DNA from: Macrostomum lignano | Lineage: Eukaryota | Direction: 5' to 3' | NCBI GenBank assembly: GCA_002269645.1 | Contig: NIVC01000210.1 | Location: 25,469-89,468 of the forward strand | Length of the DNA: 64,000 bases | Shown here: positions 26,495-37,304 of the stretch, piece after piece | Position numbering within the stretch: the stretch's first letter is position 1 | How the letters are laid out: each line of letters starts with the position of its first letter | Translations under genes and position numbers: made by a program | Notes under the pieces: model-generated | What the model saw: the letters and a program-made list of their open reading frames with translations, nothing else | What the model was told of the DNA's origin: nothing | Databases searched by the model: none

Positions 26495-27518
26495 ATGAGC
26501 TCAATAGAATACGAAGACCTGCTGTGCCCAGTGTGCAAAGACATCTTTACCGATCCGTGCTTCGTATGCCCGAACCATCACATCCTGTGCCGCGAATGCC
26601 ACAAAGGCCTTTTGGAGACGTCCCCTTACACTGCAAAGTGTCCGGAATGCAGAGAAAAGCTGTCCACACCGAAGCAGGACGCTATCAGAGCCAAGCTCGT
26701 CCAGACTTTCACCACCAGCGCCACCTGCCAGGTGCGCGAAGACGAAACCCAGTGCTGCAACTCAGTCTTTGTCAAGTGCGGTCACTGCAACCTGAATGTT
26801 TGCGATCTTCACTTCAGTGAGCATCGACTGAAGTTTAAGGTAATGTAAGCTGAAGTATTTATTAGGAAGGATTCAAAAGCAAACTAACAGAACGGAACGC
26901 TTGCCTTCCCAGACTGAATGCGAGAACCTGTTAGAATCTGTGGAAAATGACGCGACTGAATGCGAACGAGTCAGCGCTACACTGCAGCCTTGGAAAGCTC
27001 AGATCGCCAGTCTTATCGAATTTATCGATATAGAAAAAGAGCGCCTCGAAGAGCTGCTGAGAGCCACAGAGCAGAGGCTGGAGCAGGCAGCTGCCGGGTC
27101 CTCCCGCCGAGCTGAGGCAGACGGTCTGCGAGCCTCCATTCGATCTGGCCAACTGCAGCAAGCCAAAGCCATCGCAGATCAACTGCAAGCTGCTGCTACT
27201 GAAGCGCCAAAGCTGGACTCGCAAGATTTCGGGTTGCCTCCAACCGATGAGCAGAAAAATGAGATTGAAGCTGGTAAAGCAAAGCTGGAAACCATAATCA
27301 GGACTGCTGCAGAAATTTGCGGTGCTTTTAGCGGTAGCAATGAGTTTCATGTTCCTTCTTATGATTCTTCGTCCTTGAGCCCTGCAGAACTCTCGAGCCC
27401 AATCTATGCTGAACACCTCTTGCAAAGTGAGGTAGTCTATAACCCAATGGCCCTTAATACAGATCCCCATGAATTCGATGCGGATGACTATTCTGCTTTT
27501 TTAGTGAGACTAGATTAA
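26495..27518 (+). CDS. TRIM-like gene 4 (RING + B-box-like + coiled coil), ~316 aa
   Basis: Exons 26495-26839 and 26913-27518 with a 73-bp phase-0 GT-AG intron; open frame; closest paralog of genes 2 and 3. Confidence 0.85.
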
Positions 27519-28325
27519 TAATTGGAGTATTAATCTGGTCGGTTACTCTTCGCTGCAGCCGGGTGCCCGGAACTTCTATTCAAGTCAAGTTACTTCTATT
27601 CGACATTAACTCCCATATGCTAGACGCAACCCATAAACTCAAAACTGTACAATGGTTGGTTGTGTATGGTTTAAAGGTCGACAATGATTAATTTCGTCAC
27701 GAGTGACTAAAATTAATCACAATATCAGTAAATCTCTAAGATCTTCATTGTCTTTGATAAAACCATGCACACAATAACATTGTCTTTTTAAAAGTATTTT
27801 TAAAAGCCTCAAATAATGACTTTGAAGCTGTGATGTTGTCGGTTTAAGTGGCTCCGCAAAGGGCTGTTTTGACATACAGTTTCTCACTTAATATTTTCCA
27901 TTTTTTGTATGCGCACGTTTACTTGTAGTAGTGCCCAACGAATCTTTATCAATTGCTAATCATTGCGTACATTGTAATTTTTGCGTACATCTGTAGGGTC
28001 TACGCGCGATCAATACCTTCTGTATTTGCTTTTCCCTCGCCAGCCAATGAAAACTCCGCGCATATATTATGCTAATTTTCCTGCGCTCCTTTATTAACCC
28101 CTCCTGACGGCAAGCGGGGGTTTTCACCTTCTCTCCTCGGCTCGCGCGCTCTCAGTTTGTTATCTCCTTATCTCTCGCCCCGGCCCCACCCCGAGTGGAC
28201 CAGACATGTTTACGCCTTCTCGGCTCTCTCGCTCTCTCTGCCTCACTCCGCCACGGGTAGCCACGCCTCCGCTAGGCCCAATCATACCACTCCTGTCTGC
28301 CTGCTGCCTGTACGAGCTCTTTGAG

Positions 28326-28398
28326 CACCGCCATCACTGTATACTCACCGCCATCACTGTATACTCACCGCCATCACTGTATACTCACCGCCATCACT
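28326..28398. repeat. 20-bp tandem repeat (CACCGCCATCACTGTATACT), ~3.6 copies
   Basis: Directly visible. Confidence 0.9.
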
Positions 28399-29704
28399 CT
28401 GTTAATTTGCTTCATCCCCATCCTCAATATACTCAATCTACTCAATTCAAACCCATTGTTGCAGCCGCCAGTGCCCCCGCGCCATAAGCCTCTGTATTGA
28501 CATTAATAATTATAATAAACCAGTTGGCGTCCTTGGTTTGTTTACCGCCATTGCCAAGTGCTACCGCTACAAATCCACTCCGCCATTGTTGAGTTCCCCA
28601 TTATTTTGGAAAACTGCAACTAAAACGTCACAAAGCGTTAAGTAATGAGCGTACAGCATGGGACATGAGTTGCGTCGAATGGCTCGTATGACATCCATAG
28701 TTATATGAGAAACAGAACGGTCCCTGATTTTTTTCTTTGACTTTTTTCCGCTTTTCTTCTCACTGTATGTTCACCTGTTTTTCTATAGATTTTAGTCTGG
28801 ATTTTTTAAAACATTTCCTTGGACTGAAGATAATCCTTTAGTTGACATCATTACCTAAATTTTCTTTGTTGTTTTAGCTGAATTTGTATGCCTCTCTACG
28901 AGTTCACTTGGAGGCATTAGAAAAGTATTTCTAGGTTTTTTAAGGTCTAACAGGGACTGTGTCATTTCTATTTTGGGGCCTAACTTAAATTGGGCGTCGG
29001 TTGTCACAGCTAATGAAACGCTCAATTTGATATACAGCAGTAAATTTGTTTGCATATTCATGCGCTCCATTTTCGCTCTGAACTATGTGTACTGAACTGA
29101 ACAATAGCAGGATAATTGGTGCGCTTGATATAATAGTTGCTTCAAGAGGGGATAGAGTGTACGAGAACAAAAGTATTTGCAAAAAGTTAGGAAAACAACG
29201 CGTTTTTAAGGCTAATCATTTCAATCTGAAATAAAAAATTACTTACTCTTCATTTCGATGCTAATGCTTTTATCACTAATGGTACATCTAGATCGTTAAA
29301 TCATCGCTGCCCAAACACTGTATTTCAGTCGCAAAGAGACTTGAGACTGTAAATTGTTGTTATCGAAATTTTTATAATGATAAAAAGAATAATGTCTGAA
29401 AAAGTGGCAGGTTTTTTTATATCGCAAGTTATAGTGATTTGCTTGTGACTAATATCTGGTCCGAGTTCGCGTGCTAACAGGCTGCTATTAGAGTAACGAG
29501 TAAACACACAACGAATTAGTGGCAACCGATGACTTATGGATTATTCGCTTATGAATACTTGTTTTTTTCACAGACACTAATGGTACATGTGGTTAGTAAA
29601 CTATCTGATGCTAAGCAGATAATTGGCAACGAAACAGCTATAAGTTTCGATGGTACGCTCGTATGACTTCGAAGATGGCCTTAGTGGGAAACACTACTTA
29701 ACAG

Positions 29705-30008
29705 TAGAAAGACCACGCTGTTTTTCTCCATGGGAAATACCACGGGGTGTATTACAAATACGCCTGATCTCTCTGGCCTTAAGTTCTCTATATCTGTCTG
29801 GCCCTCTTCATATTCCCACTGTATTCGTCTCTTCAGGACTTGTTCTAGGCAAGTTAAGTTTAATAAATGGGAGAATTTATTTCAAATTTGCCGGACTAGA
29901 TAACACCAGTTCTCGTTTTTAGTAACAATGGTTAAAAGTAGCAACTATCTACTAGAGACCACGCTGTTTTTCTCCATGGGGAAATACCACGAGGTGTATT
30001 ACAAATAC
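29705..30008 (+). repeat. ~55-bp direct repeat (29705-29762 and 29953-30008)
   Basis: AGACCACGCTGTTTTTCTCCATGGG(G)AAATACCACG(G/A)GGTGTATTACAAATAC occurs twice. Confidence 0.85.
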
Positions 30009-30619
30009 ACACGACCGATTCCACGATAGCTCGCAAACCGAATTACTGATTTTCGTAAAAGTCCACGATATGGATAGAAATTTTCCGCCCTTTCCGACGA
30101 ACTAACTTTCAAAGTCATCCGACGTCAGCATCGTCAAGATATTCAACGATTCTTGTCGAAGACACTGGGGGCAAGAACATCCAACACTACACTGTATAAA
30201 CCTTTATGGTAAATCCATATTGGCTCAATAATCTGGGTCCATTTGTTATCAACATCCCAGGCACCAGGGCCCCTTTCATCACCGTCTGGAGCATCGGCGG
30301 CGACCGTCGGGACCTTCAACAAAAGCACCCGATCGGCATCTCAGAGACGGCTGCGTTCTCAAATCTGAAATGGAAGAACCCTCTTCTGCATGCAGGATTC
30401 AGCCAGTAGACATAATCAGTGAATTGAAATGGACGATGGCGATCCTCTAGGTTGACAAACAGGCGACTTTCGGGACCTTCAACGGAGTGCTACCATGCGG
30501 CCCTGACGAGCTTTCACCTCAACATTGTGTTTTTTACAAGGTACCAAACCAGGTATGTATACATATTATACAATGGTCGTGCACCATTTTCAGCATTCAG
30601 CTCTGTCTGGACGACATTT

Positions 30620-32420
30620 GGGACATTTGATGGGTTCGGCCTTTTTAAGCCTACAGCTTCAGGCCTCAGAACTCAGAAATGAATCACTTAGAACTCTGGC
30701 CTCTCACTCCTGTCAGATGGTCAGCCCCATGGTAGCTAGATTGTGGGCGAGCAGCAAGGTCCTATAGCTAAGAGAAGACAGCGAGAGACAAGCAGGGAGA
30801 ATTTGAAAGGTAGAAATTAGCTAATCCGCAGATTAACTAACTCGCTGCCAGTCCGTGCGCCCCGGCTCACCAAACCGGAGCTATCGAAATCGGACTTCCG
30901 ACTAGAGGGGCACTGCACTTACCTGCCATCTAGTGTCTTTTAGCTGTCTAAATCTCGAAGTCATAGTCGAATAGAAGGGACGCTGCTGGGACTAAGATCG
31001 CATTGCCATGCAGGGACAGAGAGGACTTCTGCAGGGGGTTCTTGCGCTGGCGAGCCTTTATACACTACTGAAACTGAAAATACTATTTCATTACCAAATT
31101 CCCAGAAGTAAATGTACAAGTACACGTAATTGCACGCTTTTTGGCACTAAATGTGTTAACACGTCGGCAGATAGCGATGATGTAGATGTATTGTCGCCTT
31201 TGGAGATCTTCAGACAAATATTTAACTTGTCCGAGCCGCCCGAGACTGCGCGATAGCACCAGTCTGGCTCTGAATTTGCATGCTCAACATAATGATTTCT
31301 TAGATCGACTGATTGACTGGGAACTGTGCCGCTTCCGGTTCACTGTGACCCCTGCCTCTAGATTTAGACGCTCATCTCAGCTGGCATTGCGAAAAAGAAA
31401 GAAAACGCTAAGTCTAACTTCCAGATTTGACTTTCTCACTTAATCCGCAATCCTAAACACCTTAGATTGGGTCAGAGCTAATGGCTAATTTTAATATTAA
31501 TTGACACTTCTGCCTCGAGATTGGCACGCAAAATAGCAAGTAAGCAAAATTGCAAATCCTATCAGACTACCTAGAAAGGGGTCAGACAAAGGGCGCACCC
31601 AGTTAAGCAGGTCAAGAAAGCCTCTCACCAAAACAATCAGAGGACCTAACTGCCGGTAGCCAAAGAATCCACGGAGACCGAGCCGCCCGGACGAAATGCT
31701 GCTGCTGATCTTAACTGACGAGTGCCGCCGCTACTCTTCGCTTGCCGGTTGTTGTTGCTGCTCTTAGTTCGCGGTCGGGAAGTACTGACGATGCTTCTCA
31801 GGGGGAGTTTAGCTGCAGAAGCCGAAACTGCCGGGGGGAGGGAGACCAGAAGTCGACAGGGATCAGACTGGCAGGACCGGCCAAGGCCAAGGTCAGGGCG
31901 TGCCAGAAAGTTGTCGAGCGCGGGCCGAGTTGCCGCCTTTTATAGCTCTCGCGCGGCCGATTTGTTATAATGCACGCCGAATTTTCTGATTGGCTGAGAG
32001 CATTTGTTAAAATAGGCGCCGAATTTTCTGATTGGTCGAGCCGGAGGCAGTCAGGTCGACTCTGATTAGCTGAGCTCAAGACCCCAACACCTACCCCACC
32101 AGGTGGCCTTCGGACCCCAGGGAAGTTGACAGGTGCGGTCATAAATCATGGGCAAAACGCAATAAAAGCCCCTTGTCTAGACATCCGGGCGCCAAAAGTG
32201 ACAGCAAAACGCCCATAAATAAAAGGAGAAAGTAACAGAGCGAGTGGGGAGAAAGCTGGAAAGACCTCTTTGACCCAGACAGGCTGGAGCCAAAAGTGAC
32301 AGCTAGACGGCCATAAATCACCGAAAACAGTGAAAAAGCCGCAAATCTGGGGGTCAGAATGGGGTCGAAAACACTCCTCCCAGACTTGGTGTCGCCTGTC
32401 TAGACTGTTGGAGGTCAATC
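30620..32420 (-). mobile_element. Left arm of a diverged inverted duplication (LTR-like or unclassified repeat with CCAAT boxes and TATA)
   Basis: 30690-31000 is the reverse complement of ~34670-35010 (e.g. CCTGTCAGATGGTCAGCCCCATGGTAGCT vs AGCTACCATGGGGCTGACCATCTGACAGG); weaker homology continues inward; TTCTGATTGG boxes at ~31985 and ~32025. Confidence 0.6.
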
Positions 32421-33559
32421 CGTCTCAAACCCAGACAGTCTGACCCTTACATTAAGTCCTTAGTATAATTAATAGTAATGCTATAACATAGTATAAAGTT
32501 CAGCCCAGATGAGGGAATTTGAGAGAAAAACCAAACCTAGCCTACTGACAGTAAGGGAAAAGCGCATCGAAGCCAACTGCGCTGTTTTAAGATTGAAAAA
32601 AGGTGCGTCCTCATCACATTCAACGGAGTGCTACCACGCGGCCCTGACGAGCTTTCACCCCCAACATCGTGATTTTTCTGTCAAGGCACCAAGCCAGGCA
32701 TGTGTGCATATTATACAATGCTTTTTACCATGTTAAATTGGAGAGTTACAAATTTAACTTGCGACTGAAAACTATAAAATATTTAATTTGTCTAAAATGA
32801 TATTACTGTGACTTCACGGTCTTTCTGAATGAAAAGCCCGGTCGCAATGGTGTCAAGCTGTTCCTGCTGACATCGGCTGGGAATCCAGAAGAGATTCAGG
32901 ATGACATGGACATCCGCTGTGTTCAATGCGGAAATCTGCACTGGCAAAGGAACACTGCTGTCCACTACTTGAAAGAAGTATAAAAATATTTTTGCATTTA
33001 TGCAGCCAGTGCATTTAACCTGAAAGTGAAGCCGAATGTACTATTGTTCGGTGAAAGAAAAACATAGGAGAGATGAGAGATGCATTTAAGTGAGACTTTA
33101 TGGTGTGCTTAAAATCTATAGTTTTGATTAATGAAGAGTTGACCCACCAACTGCAGAAAATGCTAAGTTGGCACTTTGTAATAAGTTTTACTCTTTTAAG
33201 CTCTTAATGCTTCGTATAGGCCATCATATTATCTAAAAAAATGTAGGCAAACTAAACAATGATATACTCGTACACTATAAGGTAAATAGTGACAGCCACC
33301 TGCGCCTCACTCAGTGCTGGGGCTGGCGCCAGATGGTCTGAGAGGATGCGGGCGGTAGCTTTTTTTCTCATCATTTTGACAGTCCATCAAGATTTATGAG
33401 GTCAGGGCCTATTGTTCGTGTTCACTCAAGCGTGTGACAGCTTTGGCAGCTATGCGTTTTACCTCTAAAAGTACGATGGGATTAGCGATTAGCGATTTCT
33501 CTTCATTATCTTCACTTTCTAATTAATAAGAGCTTTCTAATGTATATTTTTTCATTAAT

Positions 33560-35070
33560 TTCTGCCAATCCTACGCGGAAAGTCATAAATCATTTTGTTG
33601 CGATTTTTATTGATTTATGGCCGCATCTGTCATATATTTACGACCCCGAGGGAACTGATAGGATCTCTTGGTCACGTGACTTTGGGTGGCAGCAAGCTCA
33701 GCCGATCAGAAAATTCGACGTGCGTTGTAACAAATCGGCTCAGCCAATCAGAATCGAGGTGTTCCATTATAACAAATTGCGGTCCAGTTGGTGGCTATTT
33801 AAACCGGCGTTTTTGGACGGCGCGGACCTCAACTGGCTCGGAACTTCCTGCTACTTGCTCGGGCCCAGTACACGACCGTCGTTTCTTGATCCCCGGATTG
33901 CGACTTCCCCCATCATCATCAAGGATGAGTCCCCCTGGTCGTCAGCAGTAAACATCAAAGTTAAGAGCATCACCTGCTAGCTATCAGCGAAGATTGGGAC
34001 ATCAGCATCATCCCGGGTCTACAGCTGCGAAGCACTAAGCCGATTCGGTCGCTGTGGATTTCCTGGTCTCCGCCTGTTGAGTTTCTGATTGGTTGGGTGA
34101 GAGGCTACCTAGACTTGCTTGATTGGGTGATTCCTCATCTGTCCCCTGTTTCAGTAGCTGGATTAGGCGCACACTTTTGCTCATTTTGTTCAGTAGTGCT
34201 GTTACTGAGGCAGAAATCATTCAATAATACTGATAGTAGTCTGAAACTCCAATTCAATCTGAAGTGTGAGGAGATCTAAGGAGAAGGTTAGATCTAACAG
34301 TAATTTTTATCGGTTTTATTTCTTTGTTCGCCGATGGCTCAGATGAGTAGCTAAGCTAGTAGGCGCCGGTCACAGTGGACCAATGGCAAGGCAGTTCTCA
34401 ATCGATCAATCTATCAAATCAGTTAGCGAAACTGCCAGTAGTGCAGAATCGGCGCCAGAGATGTACTTTGTGCACTCTAGGTTCGCCAAGCGGCTCGGGT
34501 AATGAATCATGCGGTCTCCGAGGTTCGAGTTAGCCTATCATCAGCACTAGGAGAGGCTGGTTGGCGCGTTGAAGGCCAAAAGTACAATTCTTCGTATTTA
34601 GCAATGTAATAGTACATGTAGCTACCCCATAGTCTCGCCACTGCAAGAATCCCCTGCACAAGTCCCCTCTGTACCTGCATGGCCAATGCGATCAAGTCCC
34701 AGCAGTGTCTCTTAACATCGGCTATGACTTCGAGATTGACAGCAAAAAGACACTAGTTGGCAGGCAAGTGCAAAGCCCCTTCTAGTCGGAAGCCCGATTT
34801 CGAGAGTCCCGGTGTGGTGAGCCAGGACGTACGGGCTGGTGGCAGCGAGTTAGTTGATCTGCGGATTAGCTAATTTCTACTTTCAAAATTCTCCCTGCTC
34901 GTCTCTCGCTGTCCCTCTCTTAGCTATAGGACCTAGACTGCTCGCCACACGATCAAGCTACCATGGGGCTGACCATCTGACAGGAGTGGGGGGGGCAGGA
35001 CTCTAATTGATTTATTTCTGAGACCTGAGGCCCAAAGGCTTCCCCACAAGGGAGCTGAAAGGCCGAAACC
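33560..35070 (+). mobile_element. Right arm of the diverged inverted duplication
   Basis: CAGCCGATCAGAA and CAGCCAATCAGAA boxes at 33699-33755, TATTTAAA at ~33796, then sequence colinear in reverse complement with 30620-31930. Confidence 0.6.
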
Positions 35071-35729
35071 CATCCTATATACTAAAAATGATCACAGCTA
35101 AAAATGTCCAAAAACGATTTTATCGAAATGATTAAACCTAATTGTCGGTTAAAACCTAATTGTTCAAGTGAAACAGTGCTGTACACGAGTTCATGGGCAT
35201 GAAACTTTAACTTAACTTCTGCTAGTGTAATAATCTAGGGATTTCAGATATGGACTTATCAGGGACTTAGAATAATACGAGAATAAGGGTTTATGTTAAA
35301 AAGTATCTAGACAAAAATTTCAAAATAATTATTGAACTCATAACTCGCTATCGTCGTTAACTTTTCTTAGCTCAAGTGTCCCTTTTCGGGGTATCAATGA
35401 ATGAAATTTCGTACCACTTTAAAGCTCACTTTCAGGGAGGTTATTGACATAGATTTGATTTTGCGGGATTTAATCGATCACTTTCCCGGATATATTGCAA
35501 GGATTATTGTATGTATCTAAATAAGCGAGCTTCTCTCTTCTCTTCCATCGTGACTCGAAAAATTTCTTAATGAAATTTTGTCTATGGTAAGAATGTGGGG
35601 GCTTCGCCCCCACACCCCCAGCAGGGGCTTCGCCCCCACACCCCAATCCCCAACTTCAACCATAGACATACAAGTATGGCTCCGGGATTTATCTGAATAC
35701 ATCCCGCAAAATTAAAGTAGTTTAAATAA

Positions 35730-36900
35730 GATATTCTATGGATTTTTCGGTCGGTATTTCACTTAAATCCCGAGAGCCGATACAAATCCCTCGGGCCTCA
35801 GGCCCTCGTGATTTATACAAATAACTCCCTCAAAAGGCATGTTTAATCTGATACTTAAACCCCAAAAGACTAACGCAGAATAAAAGCAAGTGGCACAAAA
35901 GACCGGCAGACGCGGCCCAGAAAGGGAAAACGAACCCCTTAAGCGACGAAATATATTGATTTGGTAATTTAAAAGAGAAAAAATTTTTTTGCCAAATTAC
36001 GCCGACTCAGCGGCCGCGACGCGTGACTAAATAGCACAGAGGCGGAGGGGGAGGCTGCCCTAAGCCCTGCACGCACGCAGAACACCAGCGCCCCACCAAC
36101 CCACCAAAGCGAGGCCAGGCCGGCGCGGGGGGTTTAAAACCAGTTAGAGTCAGATACCTGCCTCAAACTGACGTATTATACTTTTATAGGATAATTATGA
36201 TTTAGTTTTCTTCTACGCTTTCGTACTTTTATAATTTCGTAACAGTAACGCAACAATTTTCGGCTTTTTATTTCAGTTCATTCAATCAGACGACGTTTTA
36301 CTTTTTCCAAGCTACTGATTATACCTTGTATTTTTGGACCATGGACACTAGCATCCGATTGGCAGCGGTAAACACGGGATCTCCGATAATGTTTACCTCC
36401 TCACAGCGTCCGCCATCTGTCTTTCAGAGGACTTCGGGATTCCTTCTCGTTCAATTTCTTTAAGTTCCTCGAGCGCATCTTCGCTTAGGTCCTGAATCTC
36501 TTCAGCGTCTAGTTGTCGAGCGAACTCGCCACTCAATTCTTCCAAATAGCGGGTTGCTGACTCTGACGACACCCAATGCAACTTCTCTGTTGACAGACCA
36601 CTGATAAGTTGGTCGGGAAGATTCGCATAGTTCAACATTCTTAGTCAGTAGTTGATTCGACAGACAGAACTTTCTAGAATCGTTGCTTCAAAACGCGGCT
36701 CCATAGCCCCGTCCTCTCGATTAATCCGAGTGTTAGTCTATGGCACAAAGATTTGCCTATCCACCGAAAAAAAGCCTTCGACCATGGACTTTCTCAACTT
36801 TCTGCCTATCTCTAACATAGTGCCCGCAAATTTCCACATTGTTACCCGCAAATTTCTTGCATTGATTAAGTTAGTGACAATCTTATTGACATAGAATTTT
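35730..36900 (-). mobile_element. Possible Crypton-like (tyrosine-recombinase/DUF3504-type) remnant
   Basis: ORF 36393-36638 ends LEELKEIEREGIPKSSERQMADAVRR, reminiscent of Crypton-type N-termini; CCCTCGGGCCTCAGGCCCTCG motif at ~35788. Based on recall only; no catalytic domain seen. Confidence 0.3.
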
Positions 36901-37304
36901 GCTAGTTGTCAATGCGGAATTCTATGTTAATGTTATATTGTTGCGATGCATGCATCATTCGGGGCTCAAGAATGATCATACAAGAAAAAGATATTATATG
37001 TTTTATGCTTTTAAAAAGCTCATTAAAACAAATTTTAAAAAGCATCTTGTTCATGCTCTATAGAAGTTAAAAATTCCTACTATATTATCAGGTTGAAATG
37101 TTGCATAATCATCATATTGGCATATAATTTAATCGAACTATATTTTAAGCACGGCCGTGCTGATGCAAATTTCACACTGCAGGTAAAAATAGTTAAATAT
37201 TTTCTTTCAAGTATTCGCTGGCTGCATTCGAAATGGCAGTTGTCATATATATCGAAGTTTCATTAGTTCGCATTGCTTTTGGCTTGTCTCTCAAGTCTCC
37301 ATAG

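Noticed and set aside
30143-30430. GC-richer stretch with a DTGG motif suggestive of a GTPase G3 box
   Set aside because: In-frame stop follows, and there is no P-loop or NKxD motif.
35020-35070. Hammerhead-ribozyme-like words (CTGAGGCC...GGCCGAAAC; also CTGACGA at ~30504 and ~32644)
   Set aside because: The complete CUGANGA core with GAAA and three stems could not be assembled by eye.
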